Counted from the stretch's first letter, positions 45,881 to 58,375 are shown. The stretch is DNA of 64,000 nt from Eledone cirrhosa (GCA_964016885.1 OZ024741.1:402070001-402134000), one strand, 5' to 3'. Numbers and translations are program-made. Notes: a model not told the origin generated them from the sequence alone.

Positions 45881-47910
45881 ATTTACAGTGTGTACTGGGT
45901 GTTTTTTGTTGTGACACCTACATGACCACATTTACAGTGTGTACTGGGTGTTTTTTGTTGTGACACCTACATGACCACATTTACAGTGTGTACTGGGTGT
46001 TTTTTGTTGTGACACCTACATGACCACTTTACAGTGTGGATTGGGTGTTTTTTGTTGTGACACCTACATGACCACTTTACAGTGTGGACTGGGTGTTTTT
46101 TGTTGTGACACCTACATGACCACTTTACAGTGTGTACTGGGTGTTTTTTGTTGTGACACCTACATGACCACTTTACAGTGTGGGCTGGGTGTTTTTTGTT
46201 GTGACACCTACATGACCACTTTACAGTGTGGGCTGGGTGTTTTTTGTTGTGACACCTACATGACCACTTTACAGTGTGTACTGGGTATTTTTTGATGTGA
46301 CACCTACATGACCACTTTACAGTGTGTACTGGGTGTTTATAGTTGTGACACCTACATGACCACTTTACAGTGTGGACTGGGGGGTTTTGTTGGGACACCT
46401 ACATGACCACTTTACTGTGTGGACTGGGTGTTTTTGTTGTGACACCTACATGACCACTTTGCAGTGTGGACTGGGTGTTTTTTGTTGTGACACCTACATG
46501 ACCACTTTACAGTGTGGATTGGGTATTTTTTGATGTGACACCTACATGACCACTTTACAGTGTATACTGGGTGTTTTTTGTTGTGACACCTACATGACCA
46601 CTTTACAGTGTGTACTGGGTGTTTATAGTTGTGACACCTACATGACCACTTTACAGTGTGGACTGGGGGGTTTTGTTGGGACACCTACATGACCACTTTA
46701 CTGTGTGGACTGGGTGTTTTTGTTGTGACACCTACATGACCACTTTGCAGTGTGGACTGGGTGTTTTTTGTTGTGACACCTACATGACCACTTTACAGTG
46801 TGGATTGGGTGTTTTTTGTTGTGACCCCTACATGACCACTTTACAGTGTGTACTGGGTGTTTTTTGTTGTGACACCTACATGACCACTTTACAGTGTGGA
46901 CTGGGTGTTTTTTGTTGTGACCCCTACATGACCACTTTACAGTGTGTACTGGGTGTTTTTTGTTGTGACACCTACATGACCACTTTACAGTGTGAACTGG
47001 GTGTTTTTTGTTGTGACACCTACATGACCACTTTACAGTGTGGACTGGGTGTTTTTGTTGTGACACCTACATGATCACTTTGCAGTGTGGACTGGGTGTT
47101 TTTTGTTGTGACACCTACATGACCACTTTACAGTGTGGATTGGGTGTTTTTTGTTGTGACCCCTACATGACCACTTTACAGTGTGGACTGGGTGTTTTTT
47201 GTTGTGACACCTACATGACCACTTTACAGTGTGGACTGGGGGCTTTTTGTTGTGACACCTACATGACCACTTTACAGTGTGGATTGGGTGTTTTTTGTTG
47301 TGACACCTACATGACCACTTTACAGTGTGGACTGGGTGTTTTTTGTTGTGACACCTACATGACCACTTTACAGTGTGTACTGGGTGTTTTTTGTTGTGAC
47401 ACCTACATGACCACTTTACAGTGTGGGCTGGGTGTTTTTTGTTGTGACACCTACATGACCACTTTACAGTGTGGGCTGGGTGTTTTTTGCTGTGACACCT
47501 ACATGACCACTTTACAGTGTGTACTGGGTATTTTTTGATGTGACACCTACATGACCACTTTACAGTGTGTACTGGGTGTTTTTTGTTGTGACACCTACAT
47601 GACCACTTTACAGTGTGTACTGGGTGTTTATAGTTGTGACACCTACATGACCACTTTACAGTGTGGACTGGGGGGTTTTGTTGGGACACCTACATGACCA
47701 CTTTACAGTGTGTACTGGGTGTTTTTTGTTGTGACACCTACATGACCACTTTACTGTGTGGACTGGATGTTTTTTGTTGTGACACCTACATGACCACTTT
47801 ACTGTGTCGGCTGGGTGTTTTTGTTGTGACACCTACATGATCACTTTACAGTGTGTACTGGGTGTTTTTTGTTGTGACACCTACATGACCACTTTACAGT
47901 GTGGACTGGG
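45881..47910 (-). repeat. 48-bp minisatellite (~42 units) derived from the RTE/SINE 3' region
   Basis: Unit TTTACAGTGTGKACTGGGTGTTTTTTGTTGTGACACCTACATGACCAC aligns to the 2-copy internal repeat at 49608-49702. Confidence 0.92.
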
Positions 47911-48274
47911 GAATTAGGGCAGGTGAGGTAGAACAAGGGGTCTATGTGAGGATGCTGAGTATTCAGGTATGGGTGGAGTATTAGGTCATGGGAGGTGCAA
48001 GAGTTCGAGGGACGTGTCTAGCGAAGGGTTGTTTGGGGGTGTATGGAAGGGGGGAGGAAGAAAGTAGTGCCATACAAGATATACCATTACATACACATAT
48101 GGAGGTTTATCTTACTGATCAACATATATGTGACCTCTCAGCTATAGGTCTGTATTTCTAATGTACAAACCTTATAATGTCATTGAGTGACGGCCACAGC
48201 TGTACTGATTCTCTTGGTCTAGCTTTGTAAATCAATATATACATATTTAAAAATATATATATATATATATGTAT

Positions 48275-48502
48275 CTTGCAAGAGATATCAACATGAATCG
48301 ACCTGTTATTTTTATCTAAAGACATTTTTTACAATTCCCACCCGTCCCTTCCCTCAATCTATTTTATTTCTCATTCTTTCTTCTGATGAAGGACTAGCAT
48401 CCGAAATGTTAAGACCTTCTTCCTGCTATATCAAGCGTTAACCTAATATATCCCTTGCATATACTGTACCGATTGTGTTGTTATTTCTGTTTACCTTTTA
48501 CA
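48275..48502 (+). mobile_element. solo Penelope-like pLTR fragment with decayed hammerhead (48379-48414)
   Basis: Copy of 26552-26780. The hammerhead carries two CpG-type transitions. Confidence 0.7.
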
Positions 48503-48691
48503 TACACACACAAACACATACATATATATATATAACTGGTGGTTCTGGTAGGCAAATCATGGGCCATTGAAATATGTATAGTGATTTCACAGAATTAAAA
48601 TTTACAGCATATCCTCCAGCCCGCTCTTCGGTTGTCATTTTAAATATATATATATGAATGAAAAATGGGTGCTGCGTTGTTGCGAACATGA

Positions 48692-49251
48692 ATATATGAA
48701 TAAAAATAGACAAGGGTTAAAACGTCCTCTTCAGTAGTCTTCTGAAGCATCCATTTTTCATTCACATAATGTTTCCCTTCGCTGTGGTTCGTATATTTTC
48801 TGTTACCTTACTGCTATCAACCCTTCTCTCTCCTTCGCCTCTTCCCTTCCTCAATTCCTGCTGCTGGTCACTCACCCTCGGCTGGTCCTTCCTCCCACTT
48901 TCACTCACTCCCTCTCTGCTTCTCCCCTCCCTCTCACTTCCTCCCGTCTGACCTGCTTGAATTTCTTTCCTCTCTCAATCTTCTCGCGGCTCGGACGTGT
49001 CTATTTCTCCTCGTCAATTTGATATGTCGGGCTTATGCCCACATGATTCATTGACTTGTCTCTAATTTTCCTCTCTTTTCGTTGCATACCACCATGTGTT
49101 TGTTTTCTTCCCTCCGTTTTCCCACTGTCCCAATAACTTAATGGAGTTATCGCTGGCACTGATTTTAGGTATCTAGTCTTTAATGCGTCGAAATACCAAC
49201 GATAAATCAGAAGACTACTGAAGAGGACATTTTAACCTTTGTCTATTTTTA

Positions 49252-49260
<9 letters not shown>
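48692..49260. mobile_element. ~570-bp element with 54-bp terminal inverted repeats
   Basis: 48692-48745 versus 49207-49260, 2 mismatches. Confidence 0.7.
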
Positions 49261-49348
<88 letters not shown>

Positions 49349-49454
49349 GTATTATGGTAAAATATTTTTCTATTATATATATATAATAGAAAAAAAAGGA
49401 AGTTTACATATTAAAAATATTTTACCATAATACCTACACACACACACACACACA

Positions 49455-51180
49455 TCATCATCATCCTCATTGTTTAACGTCCATCTTCCACGCTAGCATG
49501 GGTTTGGACGGGAATTTTCCCACTTGAGGCAACTTTGGTTGTCTTGCTCGTATAGGACTGTCTGGCAGGTTTTCTACGGCTCGATGCCCTTCCTAACACC
49601 AACCACGTTTACAGTGTGGACTGGGAGGTTTTTACCGTGTTACCTACGCAGCAACATTACAGCGTGGACTGTGTGTTTTTTGTCGTGACACCTACACGAC
49701 CTCATTTATTTAGGACTGGATGTTGTGTTACCAACATAACTTTACATCGGAAGGGGGTGGTCTAGATGGGGGTGGGGGTAATGGGACGGGGGTGTATTTT
49801 GGTTAAGAGGTGCCTACTGACTGTAGTAGGTTTCGCTTTGTACTTAGGCAAGGCGGGTCTTCTGTATTACTGCGTAGCGCCAAAGATCTCGGTCCAGTGA
49901 CATTGTCTTGGAGAGGTGTAAGTGAGTGAAGTCGGAATTTATCAAGTCGTCCCAGGATTTTCTGGGTCTGCCTACTCCGTGGCTACCGTCTATTTTTATC
50001 GCTCTGCACTTTTTTATACAGCTGTCATCTTTCATGCGCATCACGTGACCATACCAACGTAGCCTTCTCTCGAGTAAACAACATCTGATCCCTCTTATTT
50101 CTAATTTCTCACTTAGTTCATTTATGCTTTGCCGTTCACGTATATTACTATTACACATCCAACGGAGCATGCATGCTTCGTTCCTTTCCAGTCTACGCAG
50201 GTCCTCTGCACACAATGCCCAAGTCTCACTGCCATGTAACATTGCTGTTCGTATGCAGGCATCATACAGCCTGCCTTTCAATTTTAGAGAGAACCCTTTA
50301 GCGGCCAATAGTGGTATACGCTCTCTGAACTTTTTCCATCCCGTTCTGACTCTAGCTACTGTACTTTCAGAGCACCCTCCCCCACTGCTGATTTTGTCAC
50401 CCAAGTAACGGAAGGTGTCCACTATTTCTATAGAACCATCTGTGCAATGGAATGGGATAGTATTCTGTGGGCACTTGCTGCTATTTATTGCACCTGAGCA
50501 CCCGCCACATATAAAATCTATATTCTTAGTTAGCTTACCTGTGATCCCACTACATCTTTTATGCACCCATACTTTGCATTTGGGACATAAATGGAGTTTC
50601 TGCCTACTCCTTTCCTACACACTGAGCATGGCTATTTCCCAGATGGGTCCAGTGCCCTATTTTCCTTAGTACATACTAGAACTTCAGTCTTAGACAGGTT
50701 AATTTTAAGGCCCTTTGATTCTAGGCCATGCTTCCATGTTTGTAATTTTTTCTCTAGTTCAGCCATTGATTCAGCTATAAGCATTAGATCATCAGCGTAT
50801 AGGAGTTCCCATGGGAAGCCGGTCTTGAACTCCTCTGTTATAGCCTGAAGGGCAATAGTAAATAGTAGGGGGCTAAGAACGGAGCCCTGATGAACACCAA
50901 CTTTTACGCAAAACTCTTCACTATATTCGTTGTTAATTCTAACCTTGCTGACTGTTTCTTTATACATGGCTTGTATAGCTCTCACAAGCCATTCATCAAC
51001 ACCTAGTTTTCTGAGAGCCCACCAGATAATGGGGCGTGGGACTCTGTCAAAGGCTTTCTCCAAGTCAACAAAAGCTAAGTATAGGGGTTTACTTTTAGCT
51101 AGGTACTTCTCCTGTAGTTGTCGTACAATGAAAAGAGCGTCTGTGGTACATTTACCTGACACAAACCCGAACTCATTACC
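49455..51180 (-). mobile_element. RTE LINE, 5'-truncated ORF2 pseudogene (RT + PHD-like finger + C-terminus) with 3' UTR
   Basis: [53 protein letters not shown] and GRPRK. TAG stop and frameshift near 50590-50635. (GAT)n tail. Confidence 0.93.
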
Positions 51181-51195
51181 TGGTCAATTAATTTA

Positions 51196-51280
<85 letters not shown>

Positions 51281-51480
51281 ATAATAATAAAATTGAAGAC
51301 TAAAATCCAATGCCAGCGAACGTTACCACGAACCAAAGTATCGTCTTCCTGTCTTCCTCCGGTTGCAACGTTTTTTGAAATATCCAGTTCTGCGTTTACA
51401 GATTGACTTTGTTAGTTTCAGAAGATCCCGTTAAGGGTGAAAGCAGCGATTCTTTGCTTAAACTTTAATCTGTCATTTTA

Positions 51481-51595
<115 letters not shown>

Positions 51596-51597
51596 AT

Positions 51598-51673
<76 letters not shown>

Positions 51674-51681
<8 letters not shown>

Positions 51682-51769
51682 TATAAAAAGGAATAATAGA
51701 TACAATATACCTATTTTTTTAGAAAAAAATAGGTATATTGTATCTATTATTCCTTTTTATAATATTTTA
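51674..51769. repeat. perfect AT-rich palindrome, 47-bp arms
   Basis: 51674-51720 versus 51723-51769, with a 2-nt spacer. Confidence 0.9.
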
Positions 51770-52017
51770 CATAACTCTGATATTGTGTCAATTTAATTAT
51801 TTCGATTATTTTGTCTCTCATAATCATAGAGTGACACTGGTTAAGGTCGACAACATACAATCTCACATACTTGTGAAAAATATATGTTTATATATACATG
51901 TATATGTATGTATACACATATATTTGTATACCTCTCATTATTGTATATATATATATATATATATCTATCTGATATTAAATTAATATATATATATATGTAT
52001 ATATATATATATGTATA

Positions 52018-52054
<37 letters not shown>

Positions 52055-52061
<7 letters not shown>

Positions 52062-52370
52062 CAAGGTTTAGCAAATAAGAAAAAGTTTCAAAATAAATTT
52101 TAAAAGATTCACAAATGATTGCTTCCACATCATTCATTCTCATCTCGGGAACAATTTTGAATAGCGCCAGTTCGTAATTTGAACTCGGGAATTTTATATT
52201 CTCCGAGTGAAAAGACCCTTCTGACGAAAGTTTATCTTTTCAATGGAAGGCCGCAAGGACTGTCCATTTATTTTCGAAACCGATTCGGTAAAGGTAACCA
52301 TAGTGAGTACAGTGAATATTTTAAAATTTATTTTGAAACTTTTTCTTATTTGCTAAACGTTGATTATATA
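52055..52370. mobile_element. ~315-bp element with ~57-bp inverted ends enclosing a hammerhead motif
   Basis: 52055-52112 versus 52312-52370. Confidence 0.7.
52217..52294 (+). ncRNA. type I hammerhead ribozyme motif
   Basis: CCTT-CTGACGA-...AATGGA..CC(GCAA)GG..TCCATT...-GAA-ACCG(ATT)CGGT-A-AAGG. The base of stem II is weak. Confidence 0.55.
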
Positions 52371-52472
52371 TGTTCTGGCTCGTTAATTTATTAACTTGCC
52401 ATTGAACCACATTGGCATATGGTTGGACAATACATGTGTCCCTGGACGCTTTTTGCGTGTAGGGATATATAC

Positions 52473-52581
<109 letters not shown>

Positions 52582-52589
52582 CATTGCAC

Positions 52590-52763
52590 TCTTTTGGCAG
52601 CCCCTATATGGACACACTAGAAGAGGAAGACCAAGGTTAACGTATGTTGATGCCCTAAGGACAGACACTGGTCTGTTGGAGACGCAGGACATGGCAGCGA
52701 TAATGAGGGACAGAGACCGCTGGAGAGAACTCGTCCATGGATCTCGGGAATTTTACCCGCCTT

Positions 52764-52765
<2 letters not shown>
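52590..52765 (+). mobile_element. RTE-like ORF2 C-terminal fragment (third family)
   Basis: Manual translation: [28 protein letters not shown]...[11 protein letters not shown]. Confidence 0.7.
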
Positions 52766-52841
<76 letters not shown>

Positions 52842-52894
52842 GTATATATGTATATATATGTATATATGTATATATATATATATATGTATATGTA

Positions 52895-52949
<55 letters not shown>

Positions 52950-52953
<4 letters not shown>

Positions 52954-53605
52954 TCATCATCATCGTTTAACGTCCATCTTCCACGCTTGCATGGGTTTGG
53001 ACGGGAGGTTTCCCACTTGAGGCAAGATTTGTTGTCCTGCTCATATAGGACTGCCTGGCGGGTTCTCTACGGCTGGATGCCCTTCCTAACACCAACCACG
53101 TTTACAGTGTGGACTGGGAGGTTTTTACCGTGTTACCTACACGGCCACATTACAGCGTGGACTGTGTGTTTTTTTGTCGTAACACCTAGACGACCTCATT
53201 TGTTTCGGACTGGATGTTGTGGTACCAACATAACTTCACATTTAAGAGGGTGATTCATCTATCAGCGTTAGATCATCTGCATATAGGAGTTCCCATGGGC
53301 AGCCGGTCTTGAACTCCTCTGTTATAGCCTGAAGGGCAATAGTAAATAGTAGGGGGCTAAGAACGGAGCCCTGATGAACACCAACTTTTACGCTAAACTC
53401 TTCACTATATTCGTTGTTAATTCTAACCTTGCTGTTTCTTTATACATGGCTTGTGTAGCTCTCACAAGCCATTCATCAACACCTAGTTTTCTAAGCGCCC
53501 ACCAGATAATGGAGCGGGGGACTCTGTCAAAGGCTTTCTCCAAGTCAACAAAAGCTAAGTATAAGGGTTTACTTTTAGCTAGGTACTTCTCTTGTAGTTG
53601 TCGTA
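52950..53605 (-). mobile_element. RTE LINE with internal deletion (RT core joined to 3' UTR)
   Basis: 52950-53250 is the 3' UTR/tail. 53258-53605 is near-identical to the RT segment at 50775-51125. Confidence 0.85.
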
Positions 53606-53648
53606 TATATGTCGTATATATATATATATGTATGTATATATATATGTA

Positions 53649-53872
<224 letters not shown>

Positions 53873-53948
53873 TACCCACTCTACTACCCCAAGTATTGAG
53901 TACTTTGGTGCGTTATGGTCCACCTGGTTCCTTACCACATTTCCTTCG

Positions 53949-54132
<184 letters not shown>

Positions 54133-54293
54133 TGAAAGCAGAAATTCTTTGATTAGATTTTAAGCTGTACTATTAATAGATATTGACTCCATAGCTTAAT
54201 ATATACATATACAATCTTTATCGATCCCTCATCGGAATTGGTCTTTGTGTTTTTTATTATTATTTTGTATATTTTATTATTATTATTATATTA

Positions 54294-54558
54294 AGGGCGG
54301 TGGATTGGCATGCTTTGTAGCCCTTTATGATCTGAGTTCAAATCCCGCCGAGGTTAACTTTGCTTTTCATCCTTACGGGGTCGATAAAATAAAGTACCAG
54401 TAATTCTCTGGGATAATTGCTGGCCTTGTGCGAAAAGTAGAAACAATTATATATATATATACATATATAATTGTTTCTACTTTTGGCACAAGGCCAGCAA
54501 TTATCCCAGTGCATTACTGGTACTTTATCGACCCCGTAAGGATGACAAGCAAAGTTAA
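54294..54558. mobile_element. tail-to-tail inverted pair of S1 SINE copies
   Basis: Plus-strand copy at 54294-54450 (internally deleted head) and partial minus-strand copy at 54465-54558, around a short (TA)n. Confidence 0.85.
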
Positions 54559-54952
54559 AATATATAATTGAGTAAAATGACAGGAGGCTGGAGTGGTGAA
54601 ATTCCTTTAAAGATTTATTACAAACACTATGTACATTTCAATGACCAGGTTCTGTAGGATCCATCCACACTGGCAACAGTTAGCCCTGACCGCCTTCGGG
54701 TCTTAAACATTTTTCTCTGTTTTTCAGCCTCTTGGATTGTGTATACTATTATTCCTTTATTATATTCTGCCTCTATTCAATAATTATTCAACTTTCAAAC
54801 TTTCCTCCATTTTCTTGTTTCATGCATGTGCGCATGCCTTGTGTTGCTGGCTAGTTGATTACTGATTCTCTCTCTCTCCCTCTCTCTCAATTTGCAGCAG
54901 TGTCACTGCTTTCTCCTTTCATAGTATAGTATTACAGAAAAAGGGAAATCTG

Positions 54953-55049
<97 letters not shown>

Positions 55050-55192
55050 ACCCTTCATTTCCTGATTTGTGGCCGCTTCGGTCTCGGAACCGCAAACTTT
55101 ATATATATATATATATACCAGTGCATGTGATATATACAGGACATAATATTTTTGCTAAGGGCTCTTCATACTTCCTTGTTCTTTATTTTTAG

Positions 55193-55330
55193 TTGAAAAC
55201 TATAGGGATCTCCTTGTTAAGCCTCCCAGCTAAGGTCTATGTTAAGTGTCTGTCAAAGAGATGTAGGGAGATTGTCGAGTCTAAGCTAGCTGATGAACAC
55301 TGCGGTTTTCGCCTCGGACGCAGCACGGCA
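55193..55330 (+). pseudogene. small LINE RT fragment (RT domains 1-2)
   Basis: GISLLSLPAKVY...IVESKLADEHCGFRLGRST. Confidence 0.7.
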
Positions 55331-55369
55331 GGCCTTCGAGAAATTGTTTATACAATACTTTTATACAAT

Positions 55370-55431
55370 AAACACCTGATGATGTCACCAGGATCCTACG
55401 GAACCTGGTCATTGAAATGTGCATAGTGTTT
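55370..55431 (+). ncRNA. type I hammerhead ribozyme motif
   Basis: AAACAC-CTGATGA-tgtcACCAGG..CCTGGTcatt-GAA-ATG(TG)CAT-A-GTGTTT. The inverted copy has palindromic ATGTACAT. Confidence 0.6.
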
Positions 55432-55621
55432 GTAATAAATCTTTGAAGGAATTTCACCAGTCCAGCCTCCTGCCATTTTATTTAATAATAATTAACTCTG
55501 TTCTCGCACCACCAACGAAGATGGATGAGCTGCATTATGTCGAGTGCTTCTCCTAGTATTACATCACGGTTGACTATACGGAATGACCAGTTCTATCCAA
55601 TGGTGAACCAACAAACCTAAA

Positions 55622-55678
<57 letters not shown>

Positions 55679-55780
55679 TTGAAATTTCCGTTGGAAACAG
55701 AAAAGGTCATAGAAATGAAGAGTGCTCTATGTAAGTATCAGAGCAAAATTTAATGTATAAAAATCAATACAATATAATTA

Positions 55781-55850
55781 CCTCATTACCAGAGGTTTCC
55801 CGAATGAGGCGAATACGAAATAAACGACTTCATTCGTTCGTCAGACGAGG
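55781..55850 (-). ncRNA. type I hammerhead ribozyme motif
   Basis: Reverse complement reads CCTCGT-CTGACGA-aCGAATGA...TCATTCGg-GAA-ACC(TCT)GGT-A-ATGAGG. Confidence 0.65.
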
Positions 55851-56039
55851 CAATATAAAACATGGGTAAATACTTAGAAAAACTCATCAAGAAAATCAAA
55901 AAAAGATATAGACAAATGAAATAGAAATTGAAATATATAAAAATCTATCAAGAAATATAGTTAGGTGTGTGTATGTGTATGTATATACGCTCACAGATGT
56001 GCATATATGTATATGCACACATGTATACGTATAGTTTCT

Positions 56040-56327
56040 CTGTAAAGTTATGTTGGTTCTACAACATCCAGTGCAAACTAATGAGGTCGTGTAGGTGTCA
56101 CGACAAAAAAAAACACACAGTCCATACTATAATGTGGCCGTGTAGGTAACACGGTAAAAAACTCCCAGTCCACACAGTAAATGTGGTTGGCATCCAGCTG
56201 TAGAAAACCTGCCAGATAGTCCTATACGAGCGAGACACGGTTACCCGAACAATCTTGCCTCAAGTGGGACAATTCCGTCTAACCCATGCTAGCGTGGAAG
56301 ATAGACGTTAAACGATGATGATGATGA
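56040..56327 (+). mobile_element. RTE 3' UTR fragment with (GAT)n tail
   Basis: Homologous to cassette 1361-1641. Confidence 0.85.
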
Positions 56328-56342
56328 TATATATGTATATAT

Positions 56343-56735
56343 GGAGGCACATGGCTTAGTGGTTAGAGCATTTGCCTTGCAATCGAAAGGTTGTGAGTTC
56401 AATTCTCAGACCGGGTGATGTGTTGTTTCCTTGAACAAGACACTTTATTTCACATTGCTCCAGTTTACTCAGCTGTAGAAATGAGATGATAGGGACTAGA
56501 GTCCCTATCATTCCACTGCAAAAGTGGTCCTGGAAGTGCCACGGCAAAAAAAAAAGCACCCAGCCCACACTGTAAAGTGGACGTGTAGGTGCCACGGCAA
56601 AAAAGCACTCAGTACTCACTGTAAATGAGGTTGGTGTTAGGAAGGGCATCCAGCTGTAGAAATCAAGCCAGAATCAGTTCCCGTCCCACCCTTGCAAGCA
56701 AGGAAAAAGCGGACATAAAATGAAATGATGATGAT
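56343..56735 (+). mobile_element. tRNA-derived SINE (family S2, CORE-like body) with RTE-type tail
   Basis: A box TGGCTTAGTGG, B box GAGTTCAATTC, CCTTGAACAAGACACTT core-like block, and a tail matching the RTE 3' end at 60347-60395. Confidence 0.75.
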
Positions 56736-57219
56736 AATAAATGTAATCTGAGTTTTTCTAATATTAATAATAACATTCAATTCGTTTGCAATTATGCAAA
56801 CAAGCCTCAATTTTATAGCCATGCCAGTAGAATGAACACTTCATTCTTGCTCTTGTGTTGGCATGTGATCAGAACTGCAGACACTAATGTTTCTGGGTGT
56901 CACCCTTCATCAGTACAGCTCACTGTTCACCTGCCAAACTGTCAGAGCTAGTGAAAATATATGCTATTTTCAAAATTACACAGTAACTGATCGGCCTGAT
57001 TTGCATGTTAGCAGACTGGCTGATCAGTTAGATCTGCATATTAGCAGAGCCACAGATCAGCCAGATTTGCATATCAGCAAACAAATCGAAGGTTAACTTT
57101 GCCTTTCATCCTTACGGGGTCGATAAAATAAAGTACCAGTAATACACTGGGTAATTGCTGGCCTTGTGCCAAAAGTAGAAACAATTATTAATATCCGAAA
57201 AACTCAGATTACATTTATT
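56736..57219. mobile_element. ~480-bp segment with 36-bp terminal inverted repeats containing a partial S1 SINE
   Basis: 56736-56771 versus 57184-57219, 2 mismatches. SINE body at 57090-57190. Confidence 0.55.
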
Positions 57220-57245
57220 GTATTCAGCCATGTAGAGCGAAATTT

Positions 57246-57311
<66 letters not shown>

Positions 57312-57321
57312 CTATATGTAT

Positions 57322-57632
57322 GTATAATAAGGAAAAAAAATGATGAAGTTTCATTTACATGTCCATGATTTTGTTGAATATTGATCTGTTATGCACATTT
57401 CGCAAATTATTGGCTCAAGGTCACCTATGGAAGTTATGGACCTGATTCCAACATCAACCTGCGAATTGGATTAGTGATTCAACAAACACTTTTTGTTGAA
57501 TCACCAGTCTGAGGATCAGATCAATGTTGGAGTGAGGTCCATATCTTCCATGGATGACCTTGAGTCAAACATCTGTGAAACACATGGAACACAATCAAAA
57601 CATGTAAAGGAAACCTTTTTTTCTTATTATAT
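57322..57632. mobile_element. fold-back MITE-like element
   Basis: Imperfect symmetry centred on GTGATTCAACAAA-CACT-TTTGTTGAATCAC, strongest over 57410-57568. Confidence 0.65.
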
Positions 57633-57652
57633 ACACTCTGCATGTGTAGCAT

Positions 57653-57830
57653 GTGGTGGTGGTGGTTGTGTTGGTGGTGGTGGTGGTGGTGGTGGTGGTG
57701 GTGGTTGTGGTGGTGGGTGTGGTGGTGGTAGTAGTGGTGGTGGTTGTGGTGGTGGGTGTGGTGGTGGTAGTGGTGGTGGTAGTAGTGGTGGTGGTTGTGG
57801 TGGTGGGTGTGGTGGTGGTGGTGGTAGTGA
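57653..57830. repeat. (GGT)n low-complexity repeat
   Basis: Visible directly. Confidence 0.9.
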
Positions 57831-57946
57831 AGGTAGAGGTTCCCATCCCCAACACCCCAAGTCTCTGTAACTTGATACTGTGGTATATCTCTTCTATTGT
57901 CTCCAGTTCAATCTGCTGCTATTCCCTGTATTGACAACTATTTGTG

Positions 57947-58015
<69 letters not shown>

Positions 58016-58022
58016 GATGATG

Positions 58023-58080
<58 letters not shown>

Positions 58081-58082
<2 letters not shown>

Positions 58083-58332
58083 CATCATCATCATCAACAT
58101 CATCATCGTTTAACGTCCATCTTCCATGCTTGCATGGGTTTGGACGGGAGGTTTCCCACTTGAGGCAAGAGTGGTTGTCTTGCTCGCATAGGACTGCCTG
58201 GCGGGTTCTCTACGGCTGGATGCCCTTCCTAACACCAACCACGTTTACAGTGTGGACTGGGAGCTTTTTACCATCTTACCTACACGGCCACATTACAGCG
58301 TGGACTGTGTGTTTTTTTGTCGTGATACCTAC
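58081..58332 (-). mobile_element. RTE 3' UTR fragment
   Basis: (CAT)n plus sequence homologous to 52950-53190. Confidence 0.85.
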
Positions 58333-58342
58333 ATATACACAC

Positions 58343-58375
<33 letters not shown>

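Larger units (their letters stand above)
54573..55480. mobile_element. region bounded by 90-bp inverted repeats overlapping a hammerhead (Penelope-like pLTR architecture)
   Basis: 54573-54662 versus 55391-55480, 5 mismatches. Confidence 0.65.

Noticed and set aside
43543-47689. Repetitive 15-aa and 16-aa ORFs, including Cys/His-rich ones
   Set aside because: They arise because the 45- and 48-bp TE-derived units are multiples of three, and single-base indels break the frames.
49207-49245. Additional hammerhead at CTGAAGA
   Set aside because: No GAAA/NUH half of the core follows.
56343-56415. tRNA gene
   Set aside because: A and B boxes are present, but I cannot fold a convincing cloverleaf and the sequence continues into a SINE body.
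57493-57870. Gly/Cys-rich ORF
   Set aside because: It is a fold-back element followed by a (GGT)n microsatellite.
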